Source: Rhynchobatus australiae (taxonomy: Eukaryota). Taken from it: a DNA stretch of 64,000 nucleotides. The stretch's first letter is position 1; each line of letters begins with the position of its first letter. A program made the translations under genes and the position numbers. Where the stretch lies: contig JAUZTB010000127.1 in NCBI GenBank assembly GCA_034780895.1, positions 74,213,071-74,277,070 of the forward strand. The letters are read 5' to 3'. The notes under the pieces are model-generated. The model saw nothing but the letters and a program-made list of their open reading frames with translations. It did no database searches and had not been told where the DNA came from. Below, one piece after another: positions 12,776-26,430 of the stretch.

Positions 12776-15700
12776 CTGTGCACTCCTGGCAGTTTCTGTT
12801 TTTAGTTTGATGTTTATGCACTATATTTTGTTCTTGTTTTTCTCTATGCTTTCAATCTCCAGTCTTGCATTTTAGCTATTAACATAAGAATAAAATGCAC
12901 TGTATATTCAACTTCTAATCTCGCTGTTCGCCCCTTAACTCTGTGGCACCAATTTTCATTGTGGTGCAGATGAAGGTCTGTCTGCTCTGCATGAGAAAGA
13001 ACCATTAATACTGTCAACTGGCAGATCCATCAGCACACTGTGTAAATACAGCAATCTCCATCTCAGAACTGCTCAGATGATTGATTTTTCTTTCTTCAGC
13101 TTGTAATGGCCTTTAAAAAAAAAAGTAGCTGTCATTATCACTCTAATATATAGTGGTTTGATTGCTGGATGAGTGTTTCCACAGTCAGGCACTGAGGGTG
13201 AATGAACCAGCATTCCTCAATTCATCATCTAAATTACAGCAAGCACTGAGCTGGCACACTGCAGTTCAAGCCTATGGTTTAGCAACTGTTCCAGCAATTA
13301 TCTACACAGCTATGTAATTGCGCTGATCAAGTTGATTCTTTTTAAAGGTGCCAAGTCATCACTGAATTACTTTCCCTCTTCTACACATAGTGAGGAATGA
13401 AAGAAGCCTTTATAAATATATCAAGAGTTTTTTTTTAATTGGGACAACCATTCTGTAGACTAGTTCCAGCGAAACTGAATGGGGAGGTCTTTAATCCAGC
13501 GAAACTGCATATGCAAGAACAGTAACAAGAGTTGGGGAGGAGCTTGGCGGCAGGAGTTAAAATATTCTACATTGTATATGATTAGGAAGCATTTTGGTCT
13601 ATTTGAACTCTGTACTTGGTGTTTGATCATCCTGAGGGTGAGAGGGATTTTACCTATTCAAACTTTACTCAAAGGGAATAAATGGCCAGGCCATTACTGA
13701 AGGAGTGAGAGCTGGTGGTAGAATACCCAGAACATGGAGAACAAGAAATAACCCGTAGGCAGAGGGACAAAGGGTACATTTCAGGTGCTACGACTGGAGA
13801 AGATAGATTTTGCCATTGAATCATATTGCATGGAAACAGGATATTCAGCCTACCGAGTCCACACCAACCATCAAACACCCATTCAAACTAATCCTTTACT
13901 AATCCCATTTTATTCTCCCTTCATTGCCATCAACTGCCCACCCATCTCCAAATTACTCTTATCCAGCTTTCTGCAAAGGCTTCATTTTCTGAGTAGTTGA
14001 GTTTCCCTCATGATCATTTTGGCAATACCACCTTCCAGGACTATGCTCACTTTGTCTTCAATTGACAATAATAATAATAATTTTGCTTCAAATGTCCCTG
14101 CTGTAGTTTCTTTCCTGCTCAACCCTCCACAGGATACTAAGTCTCTGGAATGCAGGCCATTGTTTGTCAGCAGATCTGAGGTATTTTTCCTAAGTGATAT
14201 AGCAAATCAATTGGATCTGCTGAACTATATCCCCACCTGATACCCACAAACACTTCTGAGCAGAGGTCACAGGGCAGTATTCACGAGTGTCAAACTTTAT
14301 TCTATATCTTAGAGGTACTGAGGCCAACTGTGGATGACAGATGGATTGCTAGGATCTTCAGGATCCATGTGACTCAGTGCCATGCTAACCTGCGACTAGA
14401 AGTAGGGTGGAACTGTTGTACTCTCTGGATATTCTATAGGAAATGCAAGGCAGGAATTCTGATTCTCTGCCCCTGGCACAGAACCCCCTGGATAGTGTGA
14501 GGCATGGTTTGGTCTACACTGTTATCCTGCCCCTAACCCACGTTCACAGAAAAATGGAACCTTGCATCACTGTTCTTATGAAGCAATTTCTTTTACAATA
14601 TTGTCCCAGATTTTGAATTTAGGTCAATTGCGTTTTCAGTTTCACTAAATTAGAACAGTGGCATGGTGAAGATCTTGCCATTAGACAGTTAATTACTCCT
14701 AGTCCGCAGACAAACATTACGGGACATTACTGCCAACACTAGGCCGACATAAAAGGCAGCTTTGTCTTCCCCATTCCTTCATGTCAGTGCAGGTAGCTTG
14801 CTTCACTGTTAACAGAACAAAGCAGGAGGTTAATCATAACTGAAGGGACATTGCTGCTGCAAACTCAACCTTTTAATCTTAACTAAGCCATTCATGAAAG
14901 CTGGATGTCATTTCTCTGCCTAACTTTTGTGTTTGTGTGATGAGTTTAATGTTCAGTCTTCGTGGTCTGGGTGAGATTGGACACTATTTCTTTCACACAC
15001 AATAATTAAATCTTCTTCAAACAGGTGTGAGATAAGGTGTACCCAAGCTGAAGTCCAAATCACACCGTCTTTTGTTCCCTAAGCCAAGCAATATGATACT
15101 GTAAATAACTCTAATAGATGGAGGTGAGAGGAAGCCTTCCACAGTGGTATTGTCCAAAGAGTGTGCAGCTCAAATCATGGCTTAGTCCAGTCCTACTGGA
15201 CAATAGGCTTCAGAAAGAGTCAGTTTTTCTAATTATCTCAAAGCAATCTCTCTCAAATTACAATTTATAAGGGAAACCTGTGTTCTTGTTGTTTACTCTC
15301 CACAGCACAAATCCAGGCAAAGAGTCAGGACTCATAATGTGAGGCTAATAGTTACACCTTTTTTGTTTTTATTTGGTTTCTAATGAATTAGAGATGGGCA
15401 AGTTTGGCTGTGGTGCATTAAATTGCTTGCAATGTCACTTGACTATGATTCCACTGACCATATGGGATCAGGATGTGGTTCAGTAATCAGTATGGTTTTA
15501 GAGGTGTGTTTATATCAATATGGCTGCATTCCTGGCAGGCAGTGTGTGAGAGGGTGGATAAGAGGCTTGTTGGTGGTAAGGATAGGGAGATTTACTGAAG
15601 ACCACACCTGTCTGGTTGTGGTATGTGATATTGTCCATACACATAATCAGACTTGACACACTAGCAATCTGTTGGAGGAAATGGTGGAGTATGTGTTAAC

Positions 15701-16735
15701 TATTTGTACCTGACACCTGACACCCTCCATCATAACCTGAATTGGGAATGCTCTATTCCTTTATGTGGCAAAGCAGGATGTTGTGTAGGCAGGTTTCTCA
15801 ATAACTTGAACAAATACAGCATAGGCAATTAATATTCAAATTAATTTAAAAAATCTTGTGTGTTATGTATGTGATAAGTTGAATGTACACATTACAGGAA
15901 AAGAAATACTTACATTTTTCAAATTCACTACAAACCAATCAAAAGGAACAATGACCCTAAAGTTTTTTGTCAGATGTGTCCAAAGTTCTTCGCATACGGT
16001 TATAGTGACATTTAAATACAGTAGACTTGAAATGGAAAGTAGCCACTGTGTCTGACTCACCATGAGGAGGAGCTTAGCTCACACAGACCAAGAAATTCAA
16101 ACACATTGAGCTGAAAATGCACCTTAGGCTGGGTGAAACACAATTACAACCAGTTCTGGAAAGTTGATTCATAGTGTAGAGCCAAATTGGGACACACAAA
16201 CATTATTCCAGGAAAGTAGAAATTAAATATAATGTTTTCCTCCTCGCTAATGGTATTGACAGGCCTTCCAGCCACCAGTCTCTCTCTACAATAGGCCCAT
16301 GCCCAGNNNNNNNNNNNNNNNNNNNNNNNNNNNNNNNNNNNNNNNNNNNNNNNNNNNNNNNNNNNNNNNNNNNNNNNNNNNNNNNNNNNNNNNNNNNNNN
16401 NNNNNNCATGCCCAGATCCCCTCCCACTCCAATTACCTCTGTCCCCAACAGTCCGGCATTGGTCATCTGATTCTCCACTGAGCACCATCCTCTGCTGGCT
16501 CCAATGTTGCACCATTCTTGGTTCCCATCATCTGATGGCTGATAGCCCCTCCGAGGCCCCTCTGATGACAAACCCAACCGACATACCTTCCATGGTCAAA
16601 TCGAGCCTCGATCTGCCCTCTCTGCCCCCGCACCACCTGTCCCCAAACCAACCTTGGTCCTGGAAAACTGGGGATGATGGATGGATCAGGGACAGAGAAT
16701 CTCTGCACACAAGGAAACAGTTAACGAACAACTGT

Positions 16736-16736
<1 letters not shown>

Positions 16737-16776
<40 letters not shown>
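16737..16776. repeat. (CT)20 microsatellite
   Basis: Perfect dinucleotide run. Confidence 0.97.
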
Positions 16777-16779
<3 letters not shown>

Positions 16780-17284
16780 GTATCCTTCCCTTTTCAAAGG
16801 GCTTCCTCCCATTTCTGTGTGTCCTTTGCAACCTTGAGCCCAAGCCAATTCCAGACTTCTCCAAGCCTACAGCTGGTTTGAATAAGAACGTAAGGGTAAG
16901 GAGTGCAAATGAATATACTCTGATCCCAGATCAGGATCACAACTTCCACAAAAAGATAAACAATCTGAATATTACAAACTCTCTTAACCCCTTCAATGCT
17001 GAAATACTTTGCTTCTTAAAAAGTAAACAAAATTATCATTATCATCTGCACTCAATTACNNNNNNNNNNNNNNNNNNNNNNNNNNNNNNNNNNNNNNNNN
17101 NNNNNNNNNNNNNNNNNNNNNNNNNNNNNNNNNNNNNNNNNNNNNNNNNNNNNNNNNNNTAAATACTGTAAACTCTACATAATGCATATCACTCATAAAC
17201 TGTGATTCTTGCAATCAAATTACATGTCAGAAGTTGTATTTATAAATGAAGAGTAATATTATATGCTGTGAATGGAAAACATGT

Positions 17285-17850
17285 AATAAAACATTTTTTG
17301 GCAAGAACTCAAGAAGATTTCAGGTCTAAGATTCTTCATCAGAACTGGAAAAGTAAGAAGACAAGAGAGTTTTAAGTTGCAGAGAGGGGGAGGAGTGAAG
17401 AGGACAGAGGGAATGTCTGTGATGGTGCAGACCAAAATTTTCAAGGTTAACAGTTACAGTTAANNNNNNNNNNCATCCTTGCTGACTGAATGGAGGTGTT
17501 CTGCAAATCAGTAACACCAATTAATATTTAATTTCTTGAATGTAGAGGAGACCACATCATGGGCATTGAGTCCTATAAATTAGTGTAAGTGAATTGCTGC
17601 TTCAGCTGAAGAGATTAATTCAGTTCCTGGATAGTGGGGATGTAAAAGGGCAGGTATTTCATCTGCTGCAGTTGCACGGAGAAGGATGGTTGGTGAAGAC
17701 GAGAGCAAACCAGGGAGTCTTGGAGGAAACAGACCTTTTAGGAAGCTGAAAGGGGAAATGAGAGAAAGATATTCTGTTGCTGGAATCACCTAATGCTTAG
17801 GGAGTATGGCATCCAGAGCCCCTGTACCTAGGTGGAAGTAGTGTAGGCTA
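17285..17850 (-). mobile_element. Decayed Penelope-like 3' fragment with hammerhead relic
   Basis: Homologous to 35520-36480. Minus strand reads cagttCTGATGAagaatcttagacctGAAA at about 17318-17347. Confidence 0.7.
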
Positions 17851-19849
17851 AAGTAAAACTCAACCTGAAACAACAGAACTCCCTCATGATTTACAAAACT
17901 GCACTGGTAACCAGTAGTGAAAAATTAAGCAAATCTGTTGCTATAGAGCCCAATTTTGCAGCAGTGAGAATTCTAATTCAAAGAAAAGGAATGATATGAA
18001 AGGTTCAACTTTGAAACAAGTTGTTTATTAATTTCTTATCTGCATAATGCAATTATACAGTATATCATATTGATTACTGTTTGTTCAGCAGCATTTATCT
18101 CTTTCAAGCTGGGATACAATTAAAATCAAGAAGATTTATCTATTCTTTTCCCACCCTGAATGATTACAAAGATATCAACCCAAGGCTGACAAGGCTCCAT
18201 TTAAATGTATACATCTATCACTGATGGTGCAATAAAGTCAATTTTTTTTTCATCTCATTCCCAGCTTGGGAAGGAGCAGTGGCTCCCTGCCAGTCCAAAT
18301 CTCCTGAGAACAGGTACAAGTGGTCTGGCACATAAATTTTCAAATTTTATTTTTAGTTTCCTTGAAGATCAGAAGGAGCAGAAGTGCCACTTGGAAACCT
18401 AATGCATGTCCCACCCAGGGTTTTATCCTCTTGCTGACTGCGAGGCTCACAAATCCCCCGAGTCCCAAAGTCCGTTACTTCAGGTGTCTGCTGGTGCTGC
18501 CCTGCATCCCAACATCCTCCTCCGGTTCTCCAGCCAGCAGCTGGTTCTCCGCAGCTTTTGAGCAGGAAACCGATGTGACAAAGGCAGAGCAGATCTGGGA
18601 TCTGGCATCTCCTCAGCCTTGTGCTGCAGGGATCCTGATGGGTTGCCGATCGCCTCAACCTGACTGGGATTTTCTTTTTCAGACTACGCCATTCACGGCA
18701 AAGTTGGGATCTACAGGGAAGGTGGCCTGGTCCAAACAGGTAACATACTCACCTTCCTTCAGAGGGCCATGAGGGGAAGGTGAGCTCCTCTGGGCACTGT
18801 GAAGAAGTTCCACCCTCCCACAACCCTCTTCCCCTTACTAACCTACATGCTGGCAGACTGCCGCAGGACCACCCAGTTTCCTGGAAACTAAGTCATCCTT
18901 CACATCTGCTCCAGGTAGAAGTGGACCAGGGTGTTAGGGGAAACCCATGAGTTAAATTTTTTCTGTGTGTTTCACCTGACCCGATGGAAGTAACATCAAC
19001 ACCAATCCCACCCCCCCCACCCACTCCTGTGACACATCAGCACCATAGAAGGTAGTCGAGTTAGTCTTGATGTGTGCTATAAATAACAGACCACTTGTGA
19101 TGAGGTTGATGGTAATCCATATTCAGGGCTCAGATGCTAATATAAATATCTACATGGCCCTCACTTGATTTAAGATGTCATCCAAATGTTTTGGTCTGTT
19201 CATTGAGATGCCATTGACTGAGCAGCATCCTGAATCCGCTGCATTACGTGCTCTAGGGGTTTGGATATCATCACAAAACATGTAGTTTCAAAAGTTCACC
19301 CATAACCTACAGATCTGGCTGCTTTAGGCTGCCCCGACTTCAGGCTTTCCAGGCAGCAGTGCAGCCATTTGCAAGGGCTCCCCCAGAGCTTCCAGTAAAG
19401 ACGGCAAACATGAGACCTCACACACGCAACATCTAGGTCATTCTGAGTTTAGTCCTTGCACCTCCCACCTACCCTGGCCTCCGGCTTTCAATGTTGTAAA
19501 TATTAGCAAAAGCCTGTTTATAATCTGACTTACCATTTAGAATATTCTTAGAGGTCAAGTGTTTCTTCCCAAAATTGTTTGTGACTCAAAGTGAGCATTT
19601 CTGATGAAGCCAAAAACAAAAAAAAATTCACACAGTCACACAGAATTAATGCACAAATATATCTCAGCTCCTTATGAATGCTCGGTTTTATTTTTAACTC
19701 CCTCATTGAATATTTTCCCATCTGTGCCTGTTAGAAAAAATTCTCTGCTGTTAGCTGAGAGAAACCGCCCATGGAATGGGGGTTGCGTTATCTCCCACAC
19801 ATTATGTTACTAGTGGTGTTGTGGAACAGCTCCAGTAATTACTGCAATG

Positions 19850-20330
19850 AGTGGCACCTTGGCTCAATTAGTAACACTCTCAGTTCAGAGTCTGCAGTTC
19901 AAGGTCCACAATAAGATGTTAGTGCATACTCGACGCTGGAAGTCAGAGCAACAAAAAGTGAGTGCTCTATATTCGAAAGTCTTTTCAAATTTTAAATTGA
20001 ATGTTCCAGTAAATATCAAAAACACATTTTGCTACCAGTGTTAATAAAGAACGTGAGAACTTGCAAGACTGATTGTTGTACTTCTGACCGATTCCAGTGA
20101 CTAGAAAATAACATGTCCNNNNNNNACGTCAAACATCATTCTGAGCTTCTTCTCCAGATTCTTCATCCAAGAAAGCAGCAAGCTCCCCTGATATTCTGAA
20201 CTCCTCTCCTTCCTCAGCTAACACTACAAAAGAATCAACAGACATACATTCATCGCATTGCTGTTTGTGGGCTCTTGCTACAAGCTAAAGCAAAAGAGCA
20301 TTTGTTGCACTGCAGTCATTGAGTGAATAT
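19850..20330 (+). mobile_element. Deu-domain SINE relics (tRNA-like head plus Deu core)
   Basis: tggctcaattagtaacactctc...gttcaag head; cattgctgtttgtgggctcttgct core at about 20255-20280. Confidence 0.5.
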
Positions 20331-20944
20331 CAATGGAACAATCCGATTAAATCTGTGCCCTATAATTCATCTCTGAGGTTGGGTTTTGCACCCCCGGTAG
20401 AGGAACTATTTTCTTTGTTGGAGGAACCCAGGACAAGGGGGTAAATTATCAGAAGTTAGAGCCCCATCCCCGGTAGTGAAAGAAGAAAGCACTTTATAAT
20501 GGAAGAGGTAGTGAAACTGGATGAAAATGTGGATGAAAGGGAAGGTCCTGAGTGGAGGTAAGGAGCAGATCAGTCAATTCCTGACTGTCTGGTGAAATCA
20601 GCTTTAGGCCCCTTATAGACCACTGCTTATCTCCTTCTGCTCCTTCTCTTACGGTGATGAATCATATTGGAGTAGATCTCACAGGCATCTCTCATCCTCC
20701 AAATGTAAGCCCATGGGAATTTAGGGGAAATTCAACCACAAGTAGAATCACAATGAACCAGGATTTGCCTTTGCTCACTCTTGTCTCTTTCTNNNNNNNN
20801 NNNNNNNNNNNNNNNNNNNNNNNNNNNNNNNNNNNNNNNNNNNNNNNNNNNNNNNNNNNNNNNNNNNNNNNNNNNNNNNNNNNNNNNNNNNNNNNNNNNN
20901 NNNNNNNNNNNNNNNNNNNNNNNNNNNNNNNNNNNNNNNNNNNA

Positions 20945-21022
20945 TCCACATACGCACATGCACACACACCCTCACATGCGCACACACGCGCGCATACACA
21001 CACACGCACGCACACACACGCA
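20945..21022. repeat. Imperfect (CA/CG)n alternating purine-pyrimidine microsatellite
   Basis: cacatacgcacatgcacacacac...gcgcacacacgcgcgcatacacacacacgcacgcacacacacgcac, next to a gap. Confidence 0.9.
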
Positions 21023-21444
21023 CCTGGCTGTTTTTTGCAGGTGAAAGGGAAAGTTATAGAACACTCATTGCTCACTCAGCCGATATCAGCTGAACCTGAT
21101 AGGAGATTCTACTGATTTTCAATCAGATGGACCTTCACTGACCAGGGTGGAATTGAGGTTTGGCTTGTCCATGTCCTCAGTTAATTATCAGTAATCCATT
21201 CCCTTAACTTATTCATTGGGTTATAGGTGAAGGTTGAATACTGTAATTTTTGTAATATTTGACTTACTAAGCATTTGACAGTTAATGTATTTAACATCTG
21301 GGAAATGGTTCAGGTCAGCTTTCCAATTATCCACGTGATTTCACCTTTCTTTATACAAGTTTTTCATAAAAACTTCACACTTTCAGATTAATTTCACACT
21401 TTCAGATTGGTTATTCTCATGTTGAACTACTCTTGGTGTTTTAA

Positions 21445-21625
21445 TTTTTCCCTGGGATGTGGGTGGTGTTGGCGGGGCCAACATTACCCATCCTTAACTC
21501 CCCAGAACAAGCAAGAGGAAACGGCTTTTGTGAACCACTGCTGTCTTGTGAAAAAGGTATTCCCCCATTGACATTAAGTAAAGAGATCCAGGATTTCCAC
21601 CAATCTGCGTGTTTATGGATCGTGG
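21445..21625 (-). mobile_element. LINE 3' end fragment (same family as 54640-54890 and 58700-58890)
   Basis: Shared motif gaaccactgc...aaggtattccc...tccaggattt. Confidence 0.6.
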
Positions 21626-22749
21626 TGGAATACATCTCTGCTGCAGCAGACACCCCACCGTGCCTCACAGGTGCCCAGTTTTGAGCTGCTGGACCTATTC
21701 ACAATATATCCCATTCAGCACAGCGGCAGTGCCCCACAGCTCTGTGGAGGGTGTGTTCCATGTGAAGATTACATTGTCTGTCTGAGCCTGCTTCAGAGAA
21801 CAATCTAGCTGGCCTTCTCATCACCAACATGCTACAGATATATCTGTCCATGAGAGTATTGGCAGGAGTGTGCAAAANNNNNNNNNNNNNNNNNNNNNNN
21901 NNNNNNNNTAATTGAGCATCCGCAGCCCTCTGGAGACAATGATCAAAAGTTTTAACTCTCCGATGAAAGAAATTTCCTTTCAAGCAGTCCTAAGTGTCCA
22001 ACTGCTTATCCTGAGACTTTGCCCTCTGGCTGTGGGGTCCCAGGCCTGAGAAACAGCCTCTTAATATCTTGCCTGTCAAATGTCACAGCTCTCCCCATTT
22101 GCTCTCCTACATGAGAGGAACAAACCGAGGATCCTTCCACATTAAGCAGCCCGCTGACATCCACTGCTTACACATGAAGAGGGATCATACATCTGGCTGC
22201 CAGTGCCCACAGAATGAGCTAATGTTACTTCCTACAGGAGAGGAGCGAACAAATTAAAGAAAAATTATCATAAAAGCAAAACTAGATTCGGGTGAATTCT
22301 AACTCTGCTTGACTGCTTTGCAAAGCATTGGTGACAGTGACACATGATCTGTAATCAGTACAGACTGGGCCGATGAAAAGCTGGACTGAATTTCATCAAT
22401 CACCCACCCACCCCCTGTATCGACTTCCTCTAATCCACAAATGGTTGGAATTATAAGAGTATGTCTTTCATATTTCAATGCACAAATGTCACTGCACTCC
22501 CTAAAAGGTTAATGTGACGTGGAGAATTGACTGGACTGTTCAGTCCCCAGATTATGGTTGCTGAAGATACTCTGCTCCAACACTGCTGCGATCTTCGTTG
22601 TTGGGAACGAAGCTGCCTGTCACAGGGAATGCTTCCTGCAATGATTGTGATGCAGAAGCTCCACCTAATGGCAGAGAATGAAATAGCAGTTCAAGGGGAA
22701 ATGAAAAATCAAAGCCTGCAGATGCTGAAAATCTGAAATAATAATCAAA

Positions 22750-22952
22750 GAGTCAGACATCACAGTAACAGGCCCTTCAGCCCACTATGTCTATGCCAGC
22801 CATCTAGTACCCATCTATACTAATTGCATGTACCAGCTCTAAGTCTGAAGGTGCCAGTGCCTTGGCATTTTACGAGCTGATCCAGATACCTTTTAAATGT
22901 TGTGAGAGTACCTGCCTGCACCACCTTCTCAGATTGCAACTACACTCTGGGT
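22750..22952 (-). mobile_element. CR1 LINE 3' end
   Basis: acaggcccttcagccc...gtacccatcta...gtgagagtacctgcc; paralogous to 61405-61615. Confidence 0.7.
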
Positions 22953-22954
22953 GA

Positions 22955-23257
22955 CGGCACAGAAACAGGCCCGTCGGCCCACTGATTTCATACTGACCTT
23001 CAAGCACCCACTTGCACTGATCCAACGCTAATGCCATTTTATTCTCCCCACAGTCCCATCAACTTCCCCAGATTCTGCCACCAGCACACTAGGGGCCAAT
23101 GACCCAACCAACCAACCTGCAAGTCTTTAGGATGTAGAAGGAAAGGAGAGCACCCCGAAGAAACGTAAGCAGTAACAGGGAGAACATGCAAACACCAGAC
23201 AGACAGCAGCGGAGTTCAGGACTGAACCTGATCTCTCAAACTATGAGGCGGCCACTC
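22955..23257 (-). mobile_element. V-SINE (HE1-like)
   Basis: Reverse complement of the V-domain (tgtctggtgtttgcatgttctccc...ttcttcggggtgctc) plus a CR1-derived tail. Confidence 0.8.
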
Positions 23258-24324
23258 AAAGAGAATGCTTGAAACACTCAGCAGGTCAGGCAGATCAATG
23301 GAAGGAGAAACAAAGTTAATGTTTCAGGTCAAACATTGGCATGGGTACAAGGATAAATAAAAAGAGATAGATGATGAGAAAGAGACAACAGAAACTAAAA
23401 AAAAAATAGGGATATGCAGTGAATGCAGAGTGAATGGTGAAATGGACAAAGTTAGGGATCAGACAATTGGGCAGTAATTAATGAGGTCTGTCTGCACCAT
23501 GTGGAATTTTAGTTCACAATCTTTTTGAATGCAGGAATTTCTTATATTGACCTGAAAATATTAGTTTGATGACAGATCTTTGTCCTGCAGCCACAAAACA
23601 TTATCGAAAGTAATATTCTGGATTAACAGCGGCTGGAGCTGGATTCAGCAGTGTCTGTTCTGTTAGAAACTACAAGACCCCTCGGAAGTTCAAATGATGT
23701 GCAAGACACACATTCACACCTGTGGCACAACTTGCATTGATTCCTTATTGGTGATGGGGTTAGCCTGATTTCATACCCACCAACAATTACAACACGTTGA
23801 TACCAATCAGTGTGCAAAGCTGGTGCCTGCCCATGCTGCTATTTTGAAGTCTCGTTTACACATGCACAGCTGAATATGCTGTCAATTGCAGAAAATGCCA
23901 ACCCCACCTCAACAGTGTTAGTAAGGTTGACTAATTGCAGGTTAATTGATGATTGACTTCTTATTGTTGCTGCAATTCCTCAACTATTCAATGATTTCCT
24001 GAGCTTTCATTCAAGTTGCAGATGTTACAGAGAGTGGAGTGATGGATGCTAAAGGATTTTGTCTTGACCAACCGGCTGCTCCCTGATGTGGCAGAATGAG
24101 TGGGTGTTTTCTTTGTAATACCATGCACTTCTGGGAGATTGAGCAGAAGCAGGATAAGCTGCTGGAAGAGGAAGGAAGAGGGCAAGAAGACTCTCAGTAA
24201 TCAGCCACACCGCCCATAGTGCTCAGGCATCAATCCTCCTCCCTGAAGCCCATGGTCGAACAATGTGTCAGATGTCTGACTCCCACTTTAAAATCTACCA
24301 CAGCTATAACCACGACAGGACATG

Positions 24325-24451
24325 ATGACATGACCAAGAAAAGCAGGGCAGTAGACGTGGTTCTTGTGGACTTCAGTAAGGCCTTTGATAAGATTCCACA
24401 CGGAAAACTACTCTGAAAGGTTGGATTGCATGGAATCCAGGGAGAGCTGGC
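24325..24451 (+). mobile_element. CR1 RT fragment
   Basis: AVDVVLVDFSKAFDKIPHG; ends at a gap. Confidence 0.85.
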
Positions 24452-24724
24452 NNNNNNNNNNNNNNNNNNNNNNNNNNNNNNNNNNNNNNNNNNNNNNNNN
24501 NNNNNNNNNNNNNNNNNNNNNNNNNNNNNNNNNNNNNNNNNNNNNNNNNNNGTGTGTCCAGCTGCAGTTCCTGACTGACTGTGTGAAGGAATGCAGCTGG
24601 ACACACTTCCCACAAGTGCTGAGAGTATTATAGATATGGGTTTTAGTGAGGTGGTCATACCTAAGGTACAAGCAGAATGTAATTGGATGACCACCAAGAA
24701 GGAAAATGGAGTAGATAGATAGTA

Positions 24725-25010
24725 AGATATCTTTATTGGTCACATGTACATTGAAACACACAGTGGCATGCATCTTTTTGCTTACAGTGTTCTAGGGACA
24801 GCCTACAAGTGTCACCACATTTCCAGCACCAACATAGCATACCCACAACTTTCTAACCTGCACATCTTTGGAGTGTGGGAGGAAACTGGAGCACCCAGAG
24901 GAAACCCACACAGCCATGGGGAGAACATACAAACTCCTTACAGACAGCGACAGGAATTGAGCCTGGGTTCCTAGTGCTGTAATACTGTTATGCTGCTACA
25001 CTACTGTGCC
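24725..25010 (-). mobile_element. V-SINE (HE1-like)
   Basis: gtgggaggaaactggagcacccagaggaaacccac...gggagaacatacaaactcc is the V-domain; tRNA-like head toward 25010. Confidence 0.85.
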
Positions 25011-25059
25011 TGCCCTATATTTAATACATATACACTACAGATAGTACAGGATTCCCCAA

Positions 25060-26430
25060 GAAAAACTTGGGAACCGTAGGCCAGTAAGTCAAACATCTGT
25101 GGTAGGTAAGTTACTGGAGAGGATTCTGAGGGATAAGATACACAAACATCTAGAAAGATGGGGATTGATTAGGGGTAGGTAGCATAGCTTTGTGCATGGG
25201 AGATCATGTCTTACAAACTTGATTGAGCTTTTTGATGAGGTGACCAAGAAAGTTGATGAGGGCAGGGTGGCAGATGTGGTTAATATGGACTTCGGTAGGG
25301 CCTTTGATAAGGTTCTACAATTCTGGCTAAAAGGTTCTGGCTAATTGGATACACAATTGGCTTGATGGTAGAAAGCAGAGGGTGATGGTGGAAGGTTGTT
25401 TCTTGGACTGGAGGCCCGTGACTAGTGGTGTGTCTCACAGATCAGTAATGGGCCTATTGTTGTTTGTCATCTATATCAACGATTTGGATAAGAATGTACA
25501 GGGCATGGTTAGTAAGTTTTCAGATGACACTAAAATAGGTAGTATAGTGGGCAATGAAGAAGGTTATCAAAAATTACAGAGGGATCTTGATTAGCTGAGT
25601 AAGTGGGCCGAGGAATGATAAATGGAGTTGAATTCGGATAAGTGCGAGGTGTTGCATTTTAGAAAGTCAAATCCAGGTCGGATTTTCACAGTGAATGGCA
25701 GGGCCCTGGGGAGCGTTGTAGAACAGAGGGACCTTGGAGTACTAGTACATGGTTCACTGAAAGTGGAGTCACGGGTAGACAGGGTGGTGCTTTTGGAACG
25801 CTGGCCTTCATAAATCAGGGCGTTGAGTATAAAAGTCAGGAGGTCATGCTGCAGGTGTACAGGATGCTGGTGAGGTCACACTTGGAGTATTGTGTTCAGT
25901 TTTGATCACCCTGCTACAGGAAGTATGTTATTAAACTGGAAAGAGTGCAGAAAAGATTTACAAGGATGTTTCCAGGACTTGGGGAACTGAGTTCTAGGGA
26001 GAGGGTGGACAGGCTAGGACTTTATTCCTTAGAGCATAGGAGACGAAGAGGAGATCTTAGAGAAGCGTATAAAATCATGAGGGGCATAGATAAGGTGAAT
26101 GCACTCAGTCTTTTTCCCAGGGTCAGCGAATCAAGAACGAGAAGGAAAAGGTTTAAGGTGAGAGGGAAAGATTTAATAGGAACTTGAGGGGCAACGCTTT
26201 TACGCAAAGGGTGGTATCTATGTGGAATGAGCTGCCAGAGGAACTGATTGAGGCAGGTACAATAACAATTTTTAAAAAACAGTTGGATAGGTATATGGAT
26301 TGGAAAAGTTGAGAAGGTTATGGGCCAAACGCTGGCAAATGGGACTTGCTTGGATGGGGCATCTTAGTCAACATGGACCAGTTGGGCTGAGAGGCCTGTT
26401 TCCATGCTGTGTAACTCTATGGCTCTATGA
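25060..26430 (+). mobile_element. 5'-truncated CR1 (HER1-like) LINE with RT and 3' UTR
   Basis: WRPVTSGV, LFVIYINDLD, SKFSDDTK, DKCEVLHF, QKRFTRM.PGL, RGDL.E.YKIMRG; multiple stops and frameshifts; ends in a ctatgg/ctatga tail. Confidence 0.95.

Noticed and set aside
16298-16415. Direct repeat catgcccag on both sides of a 100-N gap (likewise tctgtt around 60710-60809)
   Set aside because: Most likely contig-end overlap or chance at placeholder gaps, not a TSD.
18320-18772. 150-aa ORF in moderately GC-rich DNA
   Set aside because: No recognisable homology; looks like an old interspersed repeat that I cannot classify.
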